Positions 60,281-64,000 of a DNA stretch of 64,000 bases are shown piece by piece (position 1 is the first letter of the stretch; the number at the start of each line of letters is the position of its first letter). This DNA comes from Dictyostelium discoideum. Taxonomy: Eukaryota. Made by a program: the position numbers and the translations under genes. Under the pieces are notes generated by a model. It was not told the origin of the DNA. It saw only the letters and a program-made list of their open reading frames with translations, and did not search any database. The DNA lies in contig CM000155.2 in the NCBI GenBank assembly GCA_000004695.1, positions 1,472,001-1,536,000 on the forward strand, written 5' to 3'.

Positions 60281-60286
<6 letters not shown>
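57544..60286 (+). repeat. Tandem array of a unit of about 190 bp (at least 10 units, head-to-tail, more than 98% identical). It lies at the 5' end of a TRE5-A-like element and is consistent with multimerised A-modules. It is interrupted by a low-quality segment (58216..58928) and a 101-N gap (58929..59029)
   Basis: The unit atcagatcgaaaaaaacaaacaacaacaacaatctctttttttgattatttcatttttcatataaaaaagacttaaaaaacaaataaataaataaataaactattttaaaaagccatctttttactttattgtaatttattatttgtttcgttttgagaattttgcgtagcaaaattttcaaaaaaaaagcaaaaaataa repeats with a period of about 190 bp from 57544 to 60286. The array starts 44-49 bp upstream of the tRNA 5' end. Confidence 0.8.
58929..59029. other. Assembly gap (101 N)
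   Basis: Run of n characters. The flanking 58216..58928 resembles a noisy copy of 60287..60650 plus 62340..62740. Confidence 0.99.
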
Positions 60287-60341
<55 letters not shown>

Positions 60342-62047
60342 GGAACCAAGTTAATTAGAAAATTTCCAGATTTTTAACTTTTTAAAGAAAAATAAAAAAG
60401 ATAGAAAGAAAATAAAATGAAAATCACAAACAACACCACAAATATTAAGCAACACAAATGCCTACAAAAAATAAGCGAAATTGTGGATAAAACTCAATTA
60501 AAAAAAAAACAATTCAAATACGTCATAAACATCAATCACGAACCAGACGATAAAATAAAAAAAGATTTAGAAAAAAGTTTGGACAAAAAAGATGTTTTAA
60601 TCAAAAGTAATAATACATTCAAAATTCTCACAGACAGTATTAGTACAGTAATCTATTTTGTAAATATGTTTGATGCAGAATTAAAAGGACAATTTATAAC
60701 CACTATAAGACCAAAAAATATGTATACAGATTTTGATTGGTATAAATCACTCACAGAAATAGAATGGGTAATAGAAAATGAAGGATGTAAACTAATTAAA
60801 TCAGAAATTAAAGGCGAAACTCTAATTATCAAAACAGTGAAAAGAGTCGTAGAAGAATTTGACACTATCATTGAACTAGACAATCTAACATTAATTGGAC
60901 ACTCCAACAAAGGATGGAGAGATCAAACCTCATTACCAGAAAATCAAGAAGAAAACAAAAATAAAAAACAATCAGATGAACAACAACCACAATCTACATC
61001 AGAACAAATACCAAAACAAGGAAAAAGAACAATCATTATCCCACCAATCACATCCTCATCTAATGATAAAACATTTATGGCCCTAGATGATACAGCTCAA
61101 AAGGTAATAGAAGCATCACTAGAAAACGTAGATGAACTAACAAGAATAGAGAATGAGATCAATACACAATCGATAAACAATCAAGAAATTAAAACAAAAT
61201 CAGAAAAACCTATCGAACCACCATCTCCATACAATACACCAATAAAACAACACGGCGAAACAAAGGGACTAACAACGGAAGAAAAACTTAGAGAGGCAAA
61301 TGATATCTTCGACTTCACCAGCCCAAACACTGATGCAATAAGAAAAATAGAATTCCCACTTTCAATCCCTTCAAATCAATGGTTCTTCTCCTCTCCAATA
61401 AAACATATCATGAGTTTCAGCCCAACCTATGGTACACCATCGAAAATTATCGATTCACCAAGTAAATTGTTAAACACACCAAAAAAGAAACAACAAGACA
61501 AAACAAACAAGACCAACAAAACACCAGTCAAACCAAAATTGGGTGAATATGGACAAAAAAGCATAAAAACAAAAATGGATGAAGATATAGACAACTTCAA
61601 CAAGGAAATTCTAAAACAAATCAATAAATCAAAAAACCCCACAAACACACAAGACCAACAACACAACGAACAAAGTAAAGATCAGTTAGAAGACAAAATA
61701 AACCAGAAACTTCAAAAGGTAGATAAAAATCTACCCCAAATAAAACTATAAAGAAAAACACAATAAGAATAGGTGTTTGGAACGTCCAAGGATCCAACAC
61801 CATCCAATCTGCCAGCATAATAAACACCGTTTTAGACAACAACAAGCTGGACGCAGCACTTCTAACTGAAACAAATATAAAAACAAATAAAATTTACTCA
61901 ATAAATCAACAATATAAAAACAAAATAACACACCACGCACCAATTGATAAAACAGGACAAGGGGTGTCACAAATCATCATCAACACCCGCAATAGAACTT
62001 CCTAAACATCTCAAAAAATACAATAATTCACTCAGTACTTTCTATAA

Positions 62048-62107
<60 letters not shown>

Positions 62108-63032
62108 CAAGTTAATCAGAAAAATAAAAAAGATAGAAAGAAAATAAAATGAAAATCACAAACAACACCACAAATATTAAGCAACACAAATGCCTACAAA
62201 AAATAAGCGAAATTGTGGATAAAACTCAATTAAAAAAAAAACAATTCAAATACGTCATAAACATCAATCACGAACCAGACGATAAAATAAAAAAAGATTT
62301 AGAAAAAAGTTTGGACAAAAAAGATGTTTTAATCAAAAAGACCCTGTAAAAAAAAAAAAAAAAATAAAATGAGATCTAGCATCTCAAGGAGAAGCAAATA
62401 ATAATTGCGTTATCCAATTCAAAAAAAAAAAAATATATATAATTTTAATCCAATAAAAAAAAAAAAAAAAAAAAAAAAAAGGTAAACCAACCCCTCTTTT
62501 AGAGACCCTGTAAAAAAAATAAAATAAAATAAAATGAGATCTAGCATCTCAAGGAGAAGCAAATAATAATTGCGTTATCCAATTCAAAAAAAAAAAATAT
62601 ATATAATTTTACAATTACATTCAAGAAAAATCTGGAGGATCCAGAATCAATTGGGGAATAGAAATATTCAACAGACTAGACATTCCATAAACAGCCAACG
62701 CCATAGCCATTATTTGCGAAAACATCTGGAGAGGAAGAAACAAGAAAATCCACGAAGGAATAACACTCAAAAACTTAAGAAAACAACTACTAGTACACGA
62801 ACTAAAGAAAACTCAAACAGCAGCTTGGGAAAGAACAAAAAACAACATATACAAACTAATCAGACAAGAAAAAAAAGCAACCAACAACGAACAAATAAAA
62901 AAATTCAAAAACATCATCTCCCTACAACTCGAAAGATTTAGCAAACACTGGAACTCACCACTACACACAGTAGCACTACCATCAAACCTCAACAAATATA
63001 TTACGTCTCTAAATACACTCTACACCCCCCAA

Positions 63033-63075
<43 letters not shown>
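60287..63075 (+). mobile_element. TRE5-A-like (tRNA-gene-targeted non-LTR retrotransposon) body. It has a B-module-like leader, intact ORF1, an ORF2 truncated after about 85 codons and followed by a poly(A) tract, then rearranged 5'-leader and 3'-module fragments ending in a poly(A) tract at about 63040..63075
   Basis: A-rich coding strand. The leader ccAggaaccaagttaattagaaaatttcc... recurs at 58266, 60338 and 62103, and partly at 63190. ORF1 spans 60417..61751. The next frame, overlapping the ORF1 stop, reads IRIGVWNVQGSNTIQSASIINTVLDNNKLDAALLTETNIK, an APE-endonuclease N-terminus, and stops at about 62008. Units of about 130 bp, ggtaaaccaacccctcttttagagaccctgtaaaa...gagatctagcatctcaaggagaagcaaataataattgcgttatccaattc, recur at 58679, 62470, 63413 and, in part, elsewhere. 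They are C-module-like. The 3' segment 62600..63039 precedes the terminal poly(A). Family assignment is from recalled TRE5-A architecture, not alignment. Confidence 0.55.
60417..61751 (+). CDS. TRE5-A-like ORF1 protein (444 aa)
   Basis: Intact ORF immediately 3' of the tandem array and leader. It has a Lys/Gln/Thr-rich, basic C-terminal half. A second, 5'-only copy (62149..62349, 66 aa, identical N-terminus) lies downstream. Confidence 0.6.
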   Translation: MKITNNTTNIKQHKCLQKISEIVDKTQLKKKQFKYVININHEPDDKIKKDLEKSLDKKDVLIKSNNTFKILTDSISTVIYFVNMFDAELKGQFITTIRPKNMYTDFDWYKSLTEIEWVIENEGCKLIKSEIKGETLIIKTVKRVVEEFDTIIELDNLTLIGHSNKGWRDQTSLPENQEENKNKKQSDEQQPQSTSEQIPKQGKRTIIIPPITSSSNDKTFMALDDTAQKVIEASLENVDELTRIENEINTQSINNQEIKTKSEKPIEPPSPYNTPIKQHGETKGLTTEEKLREANDIFDFTSPNTDAIRKIEFPLSIPSNQWFFSSPIKHIMSFSPTYGTPSKIIDSPSKLLNTPKKKQQDKTNKTNKTPVKPKLGEYGQKSIKTKMDEDIDNFNKEILKQINKSKNPTNTQDQQHNEQSKDQLEDKINQKLQKVDKNLPQIKL

Positions 63076-63078
<3 letters not shown>

Positions 63079-63371
63079 ATACAACCTTAAAAGGCACTTG
63101 TAATATACAATAAAATTAATAAAATGAGATATATCTCAAGAAGAAGCAACTAAAAATTGCGTTATTCTATTCAAAAAAAAAATATATATAATTTTAATGC
63201 CTACAAAAAATAAGCGAAATTGTGGATAAAACTCAATTAAAAAAAAAACAATTCAAATACGTCATAAACATCAATCACTAACCATACGATAAAATAAAAA
63301 AAGATTTAGAAAAAAGTTTGGACAAAAAAGATGTTTTAATCAAAAGTTATAATACAATTCAAAATTCGAAA

Positions 63372-63416
<45 letters not shown>

Positions 63417-64000
63417 TAAACCAACCCCTCTTTTAGAGACCCTGTAAAAAAAAAAAAAAAAATAAAATGAGATCTAGCATCTCAAGGAGAAGCAAATAAT
63501 AATTGCGTTATCCAATTCAAAAAAAAAAAAATATATATAATTTTTTTTTATAAACAAATAAATAAATATTTGAATCCACAATTCAAAAAAAAAAACAAGT
63601 TATTAAAAAAATATTAAAGATAAGATAATTCCAGATCAAAATGTATCAAATTTTCCCTTTTGATGTAATGGTACTCTCTGTAGGTAATAACCTAAAGATG
63701 TTTATTACATTTTTGTAATGAATAGAAGTTTAGAAGGAGGGACAAAGGTGGAATTAGATATGTGAAAAAAAAAAGATTTTTTAAAGATTAGGTAATGTTC
63801 AGTTTTATTTTTATTTTAATATTTTTTTTTACAAATAGTATTTTGAAATAGTAATTTTGTTTCTTTTATTATTACTTGTCGAACTGGAGGAGATGGAGGT
63901 GAAACATCTGATTGTTTTCTTTGAATATTTAAATTTTTTATTAAGTGATCTCGTTACATCTTTTATTTCCTTTAATTGAATCTATTTGAATTGCTATTGA

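Noticed and set aside
57544-60286. CRISPR-like array interpretation of the 190-bp tandem repeats
   Set aside because: The units are contiguous and nearly identical, with no unique spacers. The genome is eukaryotic, with spliceosomal introns and poly(A) tracts. The array sits at a retrotransposon 5' end.
62570-62941. 123-aa basic ORF in the TRE5 3' segment
   Set aside because: Its composition, with K/R/T/N runs such as ENPRRNNTQKLKKTTTSTRTKENSNSS, looks like an out-of-frame translation of A-rich retrotransposon sequence. It has no motif.
1-64000. Prokaryotic-style defence island or operon system
   Set aside because: The sequence is a eukaryotic (dictyostelid) chromosome segment. Genes are monocistronic and have introns. 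Gene clustering here reflects transposon accumulation at a tRNA gene and not operons.

Overview
The window looks like nuclear DNA from a Dictyostelium discoideum-type social amoeba. It is about 75-80% A+T, with poly(A)/poly(T) tracts and (AAT)/(CAA)/(CAT) coding microsatellites that encode Asn/Gln/His runs. Introns are short (about 70-170 bp), AT-rich, and bounded by GTAAGT...AG. Prokaryotic operon or defence-island logic therefore does not apply.

The left two thirds (1-35 kb) is ordinary gene-dense chromosome:
- the 3' end of a Ras-family GTPase
- a 7-exon UFD2/E4 ubiquitin-conjugation factor with a U-box (probably nosA)
- an UNC-50 homolog
- a LysM protein with a poly-His tract of about 37 residues
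- a small secreted cysteine-rich peptide
- a Med28-like protein
- glycine-cleavage T protein (aminomethyltransferase)
- an M3 thimet-oligopeptidase-like metallopeptidase
- a FAD-dependent monooxygenase
- AMP deaminase
- a 1224-aa serine/threonine kinase
- an Arf-like GTPase
- a gene fusing an AIG1-type GTPase to five tandem CxxC zinc-ribbon repeats
- an LRR protein

The right third (35-64 kb) is a transposon-rich accessory region:
- a Tdd-4-like DNA transposon with terminal inverted repeats of about 100 bp and an intron-containing retroviral-type integrase gene
- a GC-richer island carrying a PIF/Harbinger-type DDE nuclease ORF
- a tRNA-Ala(AGC) gene that has served as a landing site for tRNA-targeted non-LTR retrotransposons (TRE elements)

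Downstream of the tRNA sit two near-identical tandem 5.3-kb TRE3-like copies and an older 5'-truncated relative. From about 45 bp upstream of the tRNA runs a TRE5-A-like cluster. It consists of a tandem array of at least 10 units of about 190 bp (A-module-like), ORF1, a truncated ORF2, and repeated 5'/3' module fragments. This cluster contains a 101-N assembly gap and a low-quality duplicate segment.

No rRNA or CRISPR array was found. Exon boundaries are hand-derived and approximate.
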